DNA of 44,460 nucleotides from Toensbergia leucococca (Eukaryota): NCBI GenBank assembly GCA_022813965.1, contig JALDZS010000190.1, positions 1 to 44,460 of the forward strand, read 5' to 3'. Shown piece by piece: positions 1 to 10,052 of this stretch (position 1 is its first letter; each line of letters starts with the position of its first letter). The notes under the pieces were generated by a model. It saw only the letters and a program-made list of their open reading frames with translations, ran no database searches and was not told where the DNA came from. The position numbers and the translations under genes were made by a program.

Positions 1-116
1 CTAACCCTAACCCTAACCCTAACCCTAACCCTAACCCTAACCCTAACCCTAACCCTAACCCTAACCCTAACCCTAACCCTAACCCTAACCCTAACCCTAA
101 CCCTAACCCTAACCCT
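1..116. repeat. Telomere, (CCCTAA)n, about 19 copies
   Basis: Perfect CCCTAA tandem array from base 1, ending at ...aaccct|gagt; the C-rich strand is at the 5' end, as expected for a left chromosome end. Confidence 0.99.
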
Positions 117-678
117 GAGTAATAATGAGAGAAGAGTTAATTCTAAGTCCTTGAGTCAAACATTTATGAATACTATATAATTTACAACTCTTATTGTTTC
201 TGAAGAGATAAGCTTAATAAAGGTGTGCTGAGTTCTTATAAAGAGATCTAACTAATATGTTATCTAAATGCTGAATAGACTTAAAGAAGTCAGAGTGACA
301 ACTTATTGATAATACATAAATAACATGATAAGGTAAAAGGTAAAAAGGTTGCAAGATGAAAGGTGAGGCTTATATAAGATAGCTTAGACAGTAAAAGAAA
401 ATGAGTTAAATTTAATAAGACTCATATAAGGTAGCTTGTACAGTGACAGAAAATAAGTTAAAGGATGTTATAATGTTAATAAATCTTTATACTGTCAATA
501 AAGATTAATTGATTTTATGATGACACTCTGTCTATTACTATTACTTGTTATGATATTATTGATGAGTGTAGAATTAATTGTTTTTCTAGCTATGAAGTGA
601 CTATATAAATGTGATAAGTGAGTTACACTAATAGTTTCTAGTGAAGCCTAGTGAGGTCATAACTTCTAGTAACATCAG
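117..678. other. AT-rich telomere-adjacent sequence, probably RIP-mutated
   Basis: Very AT-rich, almost no CpG, TpA-rich, no ORF in the track. Confidence 0.75.
369..462 (+). repeat. Imperfect 42-bp direct repeat, 2 copies
   Basis: cttatataagatagcttagacagtaaaagaaaatgagttaaa (369-410) vs ctcatataaggtagcttgtacagtgacagaaaataagttaaa (421-462). Confidence 0.75.
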
Positions 679-780
679 TGATTAACAAAAGTATCAGGGG
701 TTTAGAGATTAAGTGAACTAGTTATTTTTATAGAGAAACATCACTCAAAAACCTTTAGAAATCTCAGCATTATCATTATT

Positions 781-2231
781 ATAAAGCCTTCACACACTTC
801 AACTTATTCTAAACCTTTAAATTCTGAAGTCACTACTAGACAGAAGTGTTAGGGTCTCTTTTGAGATTCCAAATTCTGGGTGTAATTAGATGATGTCTAG
901 CTATCTAGGTGCGAAGTCACTAGATATACCGTGGTGATGCCAAGCTACTTAAGGTTTTTGGCTCGCCTAACCTCGCCTAACTACCCTAGCCCTAGGAAAG
1001 CACCGTAACAAAAAGACTAAATTCTTTTATGCTTTTGATATCTGATTAAAAGAAACATGATTAATAGATATTTTCAAGGCTTGTGAAATATCTAAAACTA
1101 CTGAAGAACAATGACTTCAAGCACAGCAAAAGCATGACTTATCAGTTACAAGAAGAACTGATAGAAAGAGATCAAAAAAACATCATAAGCTGTTAGACTC
1201 TGCTATTAAAACCCCCCTTTCTCTAACAAATTCTGTATGAAATCACGGTCTCTCTATATAAATTCAGCATCATAATCTCTTCTGTTATGTATACACACTA
1301 CAAAGAAACCTTTACAAGTGCACAAACAACACTCAAATGTACAGACAAGTTAGAGTTAAGAATACAAGTCAGAAAAACAAAAAGGTCTGAGTAGATTATG
1401 CAAAAAAACATAAGGACAAATACTCTAATATTTGCAAGAAATCAGTAGAGAAGAATAATAAGATAAACTTCTTTTAAAAGTTTGTTCTCTTCACAAATAA
1501 AGCTTATTATGATGAAACTTCTGAATCAAATAAATAAATTCTTAAACAGAAAGGCATGTGATATGAGTCAGAGAACACTCTTAAAATGTCTAAATTAACA
1601 GGGGCAAAGACACACTTTGTGACAAGTGTCTTCTGACATAGAAAGTACTTTCTTATTCTCTACAATAATGAGCATGATGAGTTCTCTGTGAAAATCAAAA
1701 AGCCTGACAAACCCTGTTGTAAGAAGAGAGAGACTACACCTGAGTTTAAACAATGAATAATAAAATAAAAAGCATCTCTATCACATGATTTAGAAATAAA
1801 ACTCAAGAAAAATCATATGACTCAGCTCTACTATTTAGAAAAGATTCTACCTATCTATTTATAGAGAGTTTATGATTACAAATTGCAGTATGAAAGAGCT
1901 TTACTACAGAAGAATAATAAATTTAGTCATGAAACTCAGATTGAGAATAATTTATGTTAGACTTTATGAAAAAAATTGGTGAATTGAGAGCTTTGTGCAT
2001 TCCGCACAATCACTGAATCTGAATCCTTGTGAGGCCTACTGAAACATAGTAAAACAGTGAGTACGTCAATGAGGGGGATAAAATAATAAGAAGAAACTTA
2101 GAAGGATTATAGAGAAGGAATAAGAGGCTATTATCATGAAGAAAATATGTGCATGAATTGCAGAAATGCCTCATAGATGTAAACAGGTGATAGAGACTGA
2201 TGAAAAGGCAATAAAATCATCCAAATGATAG
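781..2231 (+). pseudogene. Tc1-like DDE transposase pseudogene
   Basis: Manual translation gives FTNKA (~1490, =FTDEA), LQKNNKFSHE (~1904, =LQEDNDPSHG), HSAQSLNLNPCE (~1998, =HPAQSPDLNPxE) and C-terminal IAEMPHRCKQV. Many TAA/TGA/TAG stops lie at likely Q/R/W codons, with one frameshift in an A-run near 1970; ATA at 781 is a likely mutated ATG. Confidence 0.92.
847..1010. mobile_element. Solo LTR (164 bp) nested in the transposase
   Basis: TGTTA...TAACA termini; 5-bp flanks AGAAG (842-846) and AAAAG (1011-1015) differ by one G>A. Removing the insert and one flank restores the frame EVTTRQK|TKFFYAFD. Confidence 0.85.
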
Positions 2232-2581
2232 GATGTAGAAGGTACAGATAGAGCGATAAATTCAGTGGTAAATTCAATGTTTTGGGTGGTGTTCCCCAGG
2301 TTCGCTTAACCTTTGAACCCCCGGTACTTTTGTCAACTAAGCCTACCGAGATGCCAGCGACGTTAGTGCCAATCCACGCGATAATCCATAACACATATCC
2401 TTTGAAAACGCTAGCGCTCATCCTGAATGATTCTTTCTTTCTTTTCCTGCAAAATCTCATGTTCTTTCCGGCTGCTACGTAATACGTCGCAATCAGGCCC
2501 CTTCGATTCTATAGCCTCATTCTCTAACGAATGTTGTAATGAACTATCCTCACTACTGTAAGAGCCCTGCGCAGGATCTGA

Positions 2582-3844
2582 TCATACATTTGATTCTGAA
2601 GCATGAGACTCATCCATTTTGGAGTAGCCAATGCCACCCCGTTGAGCTGTCAACAAGACCCTCTCGCCGTACTCATTATTGAAGTACACTGGTGCCGAAC
2701 GTTCTCGTGGATTTTTCCCGCGTATCATCAGCGCACGTTGTGAGCCTGGCTCTTTCGTGAAAAGAGCACGGTAGGAAGTGAGACAGGCAACGATGATGGC
2801 TATGCATGGAAGATATGGCTGTTAGCTGACACCAGCGGAGATTCTGATTGAGCGGGCCATGGGGAACTGACAGATTGTCTGCTCAACTGAGGCCCAGGTA
2901 TTCGACCACGTTATATCCGGCTGGTCACTCTGCGCGCGGACCACGACTGCCCGGGTGATTGCGATGGCGACGATAAACAATGTCAGAGAAAAGATGGCTC
3001 CCAAGGCGAGCTTCTGGCGGAGACTGATTTTCACGTTCCACAGGAGCCTTATGGGGAGGGCTAAGACTACAGGCAGAGCTATCTCAGTCCCTCTTCGGCA
3101 GATTAAAGTAGGAAATTAGGCGGGAGGTTGATCCTTACTCAGAATATCCGTGGTGACATCAGAGGCAGTACAAACTTGCAAGACGACGTGATTCAAATGA
3201 ATACTCGATGGGGTCACACAGTATGCTTGAGCAAAGTCAGTGTTTGCTCAATCATACACTGTGACCCTCTTACTAAGAATCGTTGCCCAGTCTCCAAGCG
3301 TACAGCTGTAGTTCCAGATACCAAAATTGATAATCAATCCGACCAACGTCAAAGCCAAAATGATCCACCAAAGCACAGTTTGCCCCTTGACCTTGTGTCC
3401 GAGTTTGTGGAAGAGGATCAAGAAGGAGAACTTGATGCTCCACAAAACGCAGATGAAGGTAAACTGACACACCATCGTCACCCTCACAAACTCTATCAAA
3501 TGATTCTCAAAGTCTGGCGGCGGGATGGCCTCTCCTGAATTTACGTCAAAGAGGATATACAGTGTTTGCATTTCAACTTGATATGTGATTGCATTGGCCA
3601 AATAGATCAGCCATGCAAGTAAGACAAAAGCGTCATCCCAAAAAAATCGACGAAAGACTTTAAGGCGAACGTAAGCCCGAAAAGAAACAAAGCAGAAAGA
3701 AATAGCAATGCCAGCCCACAAGATAGCCTAAATATCTCATCAGAGCTTCTTCAAGATGCATACGTCAATGAGGTTTCTTACCGTAAAGTCTTTCCGGCTA
3801 ACTTTGGCAGGCTCAATGTAAGTCAGATCTGAGGAAGGTGACAT
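2582..3844 (-). CDS. Pth11-like / fungal rhodopsin-domain 7TM integral membrane protein (no CFEM), 5 exons
   Basis: Exons 3844-3782, 3727-3274, 3225-3139, 3066-2872 and ~2799-2582 join in frame through GT-AG introns. Motifs: RAYVRLKVFRRFFWDD, WSIKFSFLILF, DVTTDILILALPIRLLWNVKISLRQK, VEQTISIIVACL. Confidence 0.88.
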
Positions 3845-4294
3845 GATTGCAGCTCAGAAAGGTTTCAGATGTTGAGAAATCAACCTCAATGAAAAGTAGA
3901 AAGTGAGGGAACACACCGCATGCAAGTCTGAAGAAAGATGGCAAGAGGCTGAGCTAAATAGCATTGCGTACATATCTAATAAAGTCCAGACTGCAATTAT
4001 TGCGAGGGAGCGCACACACACACAGCATTCTACCCCCACTGCAAAATTGAATTCATCCACAAAAGTGGCGTGATTCAAGCTTACACCATGGTTGTAATGG
4101 CATGCAGCGAACATACAATGCGGCACACCATGACATGTTGCATATAAAGTATACAAGCAAGACAGTAACGCACCATTAATCTAAGCCGCTCTGCTGAGCC
4201 CTGGGCTTACATGCGTGCACTATCTCTTTGTGTGACATGAGAGGGAAAAAAGAGGGGGAAAAGGTAATCGAAGTAGTTGCCTCTTTTGCCTTAT

Positions 4295-5295
4295 TCAAAA
4301 TGAAACCATGCCCTTTGGCGGCGGAGTCCCATGTCCATAATATCTCATATCAGCGTTTATCTTAACCTTACGAATAATACAAAGTTCAATGTCAAATCGT
4401 GTGTACAGCATCGCAAAGCTCAGCATTATTTCTTGCTTTGCGAAATTCCTGCCGGGGCATATATTTAGGCCGCAATCGTATGGAATGAAAGCGCCACCTA
4501 GATTATCAAGGCTAAAGCTTGGGCGTTCAACTAACGGACTACTTGTATACACAACGGTATGTCTCAAGTCGTTCTTGTGGGTAGATCGTATCGGTCCGCT
4601 GTTGGCAGCGCTAGGATATGTTAGAAATCGATCCGCCCAGAATTTGTCAAGTGGGTGAGGATTTTCGGACCCTCCAGTGCTCCAGAAATCGTTTACTTAT
4701 GTGCGCTGTGCTGGTGGGGATTACGAGCGCCATGCCTTTGGAGAAGAGCCAGCTTTTCAGCCTGAAATCGGCATGTTCGGGCTCTCGAAGAACGCAGATA
4801 GTCACTCGCAGCCGCAGAGCTTTTATGCAGATTGGCTGCATCAAATGGGCGTTGCATAGCGTTGCTAGATCGAATTCCGCTTCATCACTTGAAGATCGAG
4901 CTGAAATCGAAGCTTGTATTTCATGAACTCGAGAGCGTAGAGATGCGTCTTTCAGTACCTCAAACAAAAACCAGAATGCAGCTAGGATGGAATTTGCGTT
5001 CATTCTGATTTAATGTTTTAGCTTCGTGTCACAGATGATTGAATTGAATAAGAACCTATAATATTGAATGGACAAGAGCATGTGAGTTTCACATATATAA
5101 AAGAGCGTGGCCGACGTATGGTATCCACTATGGCAAGACTGGCGGCACACCTTTATTTACATTTTGAACGGCTAGAACGAATACTCGCTTTGTCATTACT
5201 GGATTAAAGCCGATGAAAAGCCATAATAGCACACTCACCAAGAAAAGTATTTTCAGATGACTTGGTGTTGTTAGTAGCTCGGTTGCACTGTTCAT
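4295..5295 (-). pseudogene. Cytochrome P450 pseudogene (CYP7/CYP8-like fungal type), internally deleted
   Basis: N-terminal TM and hinge PPVLP*WIPYVGHAL, I-helix NANSILAAFW, ExxR degraded to KALR, heme motif FIPYDCGLNICPGRNFAKQEI. Contains stops and frameshifts, and the middle of the protein is missing. Confidence 0.85.
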
Positions 5296-5584
5296 CGTGT
5301 CTAAGAACGATGTATTATGAGTATCATAGCCAACATAGTCTTGCTGTACCCACAGGGGCATGGATATCCTGTCCATGTCTTGCGCTGGTATACAGATAAA
5401 CTCTTTCCAGATATTTAGTGCTCAAGAATAAAGTGGACGAAAGCATGTATCAATCTCCTAACAGTACTGAAAAAGGAGATGCTAGAATCAGATGCGACCG
5501 ACCATATCGGCGGGGAACACCAAGAACTAGGGTATTCTATATCACATTACCCATGTATGTAAATGTCCTCGTTTAATGGAAGCG

Positions 5585-5907
5585 TTGGGGGCTATAAGAA
5601 GAGCCACGTTCAAAGGAGTCAGCATTGCCGTTTGATTGCATTGAAGAACCTGGCAGTATCTTTAGCTTATCTTGTGCAGAAGAGTGGGGCAGGAGGCATC
5701 GTCCACTTGATTTTTACAGATATCTCAAGCATCGTAATTTGTATCGTGTTGAAAGAAGATCTAGAACAATTCAAGAGTTCATGCCCGCAAATGAACACAG
5801 AGAATATTGCCCATGCAGAACTGTGCCTCATTGAGAGCCAGGTGGTGTCTCAGAAAATGGCGGATTGGACAGTCTGATGAACAGGCTTATGCCGCGGAGG
5901 TCGTGAT
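5585..5907 (+). pseudogene. Fragment of an uncharacterised fungal gene
   Basis: Protein-like frame PFDCIEEPGSIFSLSCAEEWG...LDFYRYL...EYCPCRTVPH bounded by in-frame stops; family not identified. Confidence 0.35.
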
Positions 5908-6170
5908 GATAGGGGCGCCTAGACCCAAAGATTGAATTGTGGTTGTTCGGTACGTTCCTTTGCTCATATTGTTCACCGAACGTGGTATCGTAGGGTAGAT
6001 GAATTATTCTTTCCACCCGCTCTTAAATCCCCTCTCCTCATCAGCTACAACCATAGCTCCGTTCGCGCATTCTCTTGAATATAGAGCAGTGGTGATGACG
6101 GTTGATTCTATGACCAAGGAGGAGAACTGCTATTTAAGGTAGGTATATTACACTCGCTAAGCATTTAATA

Positions 6171-6616
6171 GAAGAGATCACCCCTCAATCGGCCAAACCC
6201 GTCGCTCGGCCAACCCTATAGGGCTGAGCAGGCAAAATGTTCACGAAATTCTCTCCTTTACCCATATTCACCTCCGTGCCCTAACAACCTCATTCTATAG
6301 CTATCATTATGTCAGGTCTACCTGCCTATCAATCCTCTTCCTCCTCGCCCCCCCGAACCACCTCACCTGAGGTTCGGAACAAGACTTACAGCAAGGGCAA
6401 GGACAAGAACTGATACAGGAGGTTCCGAGGGTACCGGAACGATACAGTAGGACTGAAAGGTTGATACAACTGAATAGAACACTTAGGTAGTCAGCATGAA
6501 GGTGATCATAGATAATAAGGGTGGAAATGAGGGTGATGATAGGTAAAGGAGAGAATTTCACAAGAATTTTGTCTGCTCAGCCCTATAGGGTTGGCCGATT
6601 GAGGGGTGATCTTTTC
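6171..6616. mobile_element. MITE-like non-autonomous element with ~90-100 bp terminal inverted repeats
   Basis: gaagagatcacccctcaatcggcca...accctatagggctgagcaggcaaaat...gaaattctctcctttacc is mirrored at ~6540-6616; TA lies immediately outside both ends (6169-6170, 6617-6618); no convincing coding capacity. Confidence 0.85.
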
Positions 6617-6686
6617 TACGGCTGGAGAATAAAAGTGCAATTTCCCAACACCTTCCTACTGAAGACTTATTTTCCGCCCCGTCGTT

Positions 6687-7999
6687 ATGGCAGCCTCACA
6701 TTTATATCCTTTCATTTTCTATGTTATAAAGGTAACCTTGTCTGCAGTAATTATCGGGTTAACCTCACCGTACTCTAGCATTCACCTCGCAGCTCTGCCT
6801 TTGTTCATTGCTATCGTCCAATTAATTATCTCAACAGCTTTCGCGAGCACAGGGTATACTTCCTGGGCTGAGCTGTGCGGAGGCTCCAGCACCGGATAGG
6901 CCCTTCACTATCTCAAAAAAGCGCTTTTAAGCAAATACAGCTTTGAATTTCAGGGTCCAGTATCACCCACAGCCAAGCTGAATCTCAAGAACTTAGTTGC
7001 GAGAAATGGCGAGCCGGACTTGGACTTCCGTTCAGCAGCTTGGAGCCGGCTTACCTAGTGACGTTCTCTTTTCGCAATTATGGAACTCCGCATGGAGTTA
7101 AGAGTGTGCCTCCATTTTCTTACAAGAGCCCGCAATATATACCTTCACGGACAAGATTTTTGGCAAAAACGGCTGTGTCTATAGTTCTCATCTACTTGCT
7201 GGTCAACTTGATCAGCTTCTCAATACAATCTGAACGGAACAGAATTGAGTTCTTGTTCCATCACAAAATGTACCCTTGTTTTCACATATTGACAATGTTC
7301 ACTTTGACGAGCTTGTTATCAGGCTGGCAACTGCCGTTGGTTTGTGGATCGGCTTATACACTTACCTTGTTTTTTTTCAAGGTCAATTAGCATTCATTAG
7401 TGTCATGATCGGGCTCAGCACTGTGGAGGAGTGACGACCGGCGTTTGTCCCTTTAAAAGAAGCCTACTCTATTCAAACGTTTTAGGGCTATACCCTGATT
7501 CATTAAGATACTTGTTCTTGAAACTTGCGAATAATTACGTCTATTGTCTGGAGTCTGCTGGCATCAACAGACTCGACAAAAATTTGACTGTCCTGCGAGA
7601 TGCGTCACTGATATAGTTTTGAAATCACCAAATGGCGCTGTCATTGTGAGATACACCATCCTTTTCTTGACGTTCATTTTCTCTAGCTTTATGCATACTA
7701 TCTTGACTGTCTCAAGTGGGAATTTATGGCGAGAGACAGGCGCTTTCAGCTACTTCTGCACACAGGCTTTGGGCATCATGGAAGAGGACACATTACAAGC
7801 ACTATACAGGCATATTCGTAGGAGGGGTAGAACTCCTACGCCACTCGGACCTCGGATCAGGCTGCTAGAATACTTACGGGCAATTTCTTTTCAAGTTTGG
7901 TCTACGCCAAAGTGGGTCTAACCAACACTGCGCGAACAGACGAGCGAGGAGAAATTTAGGACTTCACCATTCGGTGTATCAAAGGCATTGGAGAACTAG
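6687..7999 (+). pseudogene. TRI7-like / wax synthase (MBOAT_2) O-acyltransferase pseudogene
   Basis: Fragments FRNYGTPHGVKSVPPFS..P.YIPSRTRFL, CWHQ, TFIFSSFMH and FCTQALGIMEED; in-frame stops at 6897 and 7919 plus frameshifts. Confidence 0.85.
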
Positions 8000-8286
8000 G
8001 CTCGGATGTTGGTGATGAAAGTGACAACCAAGGAGTCATGCTGGCGTAGATGATGCTATGATCACATGACGAGCTGCGATCCTTCTACAAAGGTGAGCGT
8101 GCTTTACAAATATTCCTTCACCATGTACTGTGATGTGTTGACGCATCAGGCCAAGCACTTCACTCATTATCTAAATCCTGGTTTGAAAATTATGTCCACA
8201 TAGATTGACAGTATGAGACCTTTTTCGCCCGCCGTCTCCATTACATGATGATACCAGGTTCTTCCTCCCTTGTCTTGTGTTTGCAC

Positions 8287-9186
8287 TTACCACAGTGCGA
8301 TTCCTATTGCTGGAATACAGACGCCGAGTCCAACAGCTATACTAATCATGTCGCTCCTTGATCGACCTGATGAGGATGAAGAAGAAGAAGCGGTGCTATG
8401 ACCTCCGGTACTAACGGTGGTCCCGCTGTTACCGCTGCTACTGCTACTGGAGGATGCTGTCGGTGTAGTCGTCACCGCACCGCTGTTGGTGACAGATGGT
8501 GAGCTCGATGCAATAGATTTCGAAGACGTCACGAAGTCACTACTACTGGTCGACGATGAACCCGATGTCATAGATTGCGAAGACGTCAGGACTTGACTAC
8601 TAGCAGTCGATGATGAGCTCGATACCATGGATTGCGAAGAGGTCAGGACATCACTGCTAGTGGTAGATGGTGAAGCCGATGCCATAGATTGCGAAGACGT
8701 CATGACCTCACTGCTAGTGGTAGACGGTTGATTCGAAGCCACAGCCTGCGAAGCCGTCGTCGCGGAATCGGCAACCTGCCCCACTGCAAGAGTCGAGGTT
8801 GTAACCAGCGTCCCCGGATCGACGGTCCCAGCATCAGACTCCTGGTTGCAAGTAAGAGAAATAGCAGCGATATCACCATTGAACCTCGCTGAGCAAGTAT
8901 CGGTGACTCGGTACCAATCCAGGACTCCAAGTTGCGTGCCACACGACGTATCCTGGTAGGCGAGAAGCTGGACGTTGCCACTTGAACAAGCGACGGGATT
9001 TATTGAGATGGATCCAAGACCAGGGGTGACAATGCACTCGGAGACAGGGACGGAGACGTCGGCGTGGGAGGTACTAGGGATTTGGCATTGAAGGTCGGTA
9101 TAAAAGTCTAATTGCACTTGGAGCTGAGCTAGGACAGTCGAGAGGTGGTGTAAGAGGAGAAGATATCTGGCTAACGAGCGATACAT
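8287..9186 (-). CDS. Secreted/membrane-anchored protein: signal peptide, Cys-rich N-domain, Ser/Thr stalk, C-terminal hydrophobic segment
   Basis: 299-aa ORF with a signal-like start (MYRSLARYLLLLHHLSTVLA), 6 Cys in the N-domain, an S/T-rich stalk and ISIAVGLGVCIPAIGIALW. The 3' end may continue through a GTAAG donor at the stop. Confidence 0.8.
   Translation of the reverse strand: MYRSLARYLLLLHHLSTVLAQLQVQLDFYTDLQCQIPSTSHADVSVPVSECIVTPGLGSISINPVACSSGNVQLLAYQDTSCGTQLGVLDWYRVTDTCSARFNGDIAAISLTCNQESDAGTVDPGTLVTTSTLAVGQVADSATTASQAVASNQPSTTSSEVMTSSQSMASASPSTTSSDVLTSSQSMVSSSSSTASSQVLTSSQSMTSGSSSTSSSDFVTSSKSIASSSPSVTNSGAVTTTPTASSSSSSSGNSGTTVSTGGHSTASSSSSSSGRSRSDMISIAVGLGVCIPAIGIALW
8494..8727 (-). 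repeat. Coding tandem repeat, 57-bp (19-aa) unit, about 4 copies
   Basis: cgaaga(c/g)gtca recurs at 8521, 8578, 8635 and 8692; peptide unit approximately STTSSDVLTSSQSMASASP. Confidence 0.85.
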
Positions 9187-9516
9187 TGCGCAAAATTGGG
9201 TTAAATGAAGATGGTTTGCAATCTTGTCGAAAGTTTATATTATCAATATTGATGATACAGGATCATTTGGATTTCTATTAGGGACAGACAGAACAGAAAG
9301 GTGGGATAACATGCTTTTGAGGCATAGCCGTACCGGATTAGAAAAAGTACCAGAAATGTCAAGAAAAGGGGATAACTTGGTGGCTTGCAGAAAACCCCCA
9401 ATATAGCTGCAGTCGACTGCATTCGGTCCCGTAGCCGCTCAAACATGCATGTGCCTAATCCTTAATTTAGGTTCCGACCTCGCCTTCTGCATTCTCGCTC
9501 CGACCCGTCCTGCAAA

Positions 9517-9600
9517 CGAGGCCGGGGGAAAGAATTAATCGCCGATGGCTTAGCGATTTCTCACCAAACAATCGTCGGTTAATTCTTTCCCCCGGCCTCG
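9517..9600. repeat. 84-bp hairpin with a 22-bp perfect stem
   Basis: cgaggccgggggaaagaattaa (9517-9538) is the exact reverse complement of ttaattctttcccccggcctcg (9579-9600); the stem extends 8 bp imperfectly; AAA flanks both sides. Confidence 0.9.
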
Positions 9601-10052
9601 AAAGGCAAGGTAGGCTCACAATAACGTAAGTGAGCTTATAACTCGATAGGCAACGGCACCAGTGGGGGTGCAAGAAGTCATGGCAGTTGCAGTGGTGCAG
9701 GCGGTTAAATGAGCCACGTTTTCGTAGGCAGACCACGTTCAAAACAGGAAGGTAGAATTCAGTAATTCAACCACCGTTATGGAGCCCTCGTTCGTCCCGA
9801 TTCATATCTAAACCTCATAGATCAGAGGGCACAGTAAGAAGAAAGGCTAGAATCTATTATGTGTTGAAAGGGCACATTATTGCCTGGTCGGGCACTAGCG
9901 TGACCGGGTCATTGTTATTCCGTTCCACCCACAACATGTAATGTACCTAGACTCGGTGTTAGATAGCTATCACCAATTCCATAACAATTCCACTCGTCTT
10001 ATCAGACAACATTATGTATTTTATTGCAGGCTCGTAGGTCTATATTTAGAGG

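Larger units (their letters stand above)
679..2339 (+). mobile_element. Tc1/mariner (IS630-Tc1-mariner) DNA transposon, RIP-inactivated
   Basis: Left end ttaacaaaagtatcaggggtttagagattaagtgaac matches the reverse complement of the right end, ttgacaaaagtaccgggggttcaaaggttaagcgaac, almost only by transitions. TA occurs at 692-693 and 2325-2326, but the inverted similarity extends about 13 bp beyond these, so the exact ends are uncertain. The repeats enclose a transposase relic. Confidence 0.9.

Noticed and set aside
117..680. Telomere-linked RecQ helicase or telomeric retrotransposon
   Set aside because: No helicase or reverse-transcriptase motifs were recognisable in the frames I translated by hand; too degraded to call.
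2134..2482. ORFs 2134-2460 (-) and 2282-2482 (+)
   Set aside because: They overlap the transposon end and TIR; no protein features.
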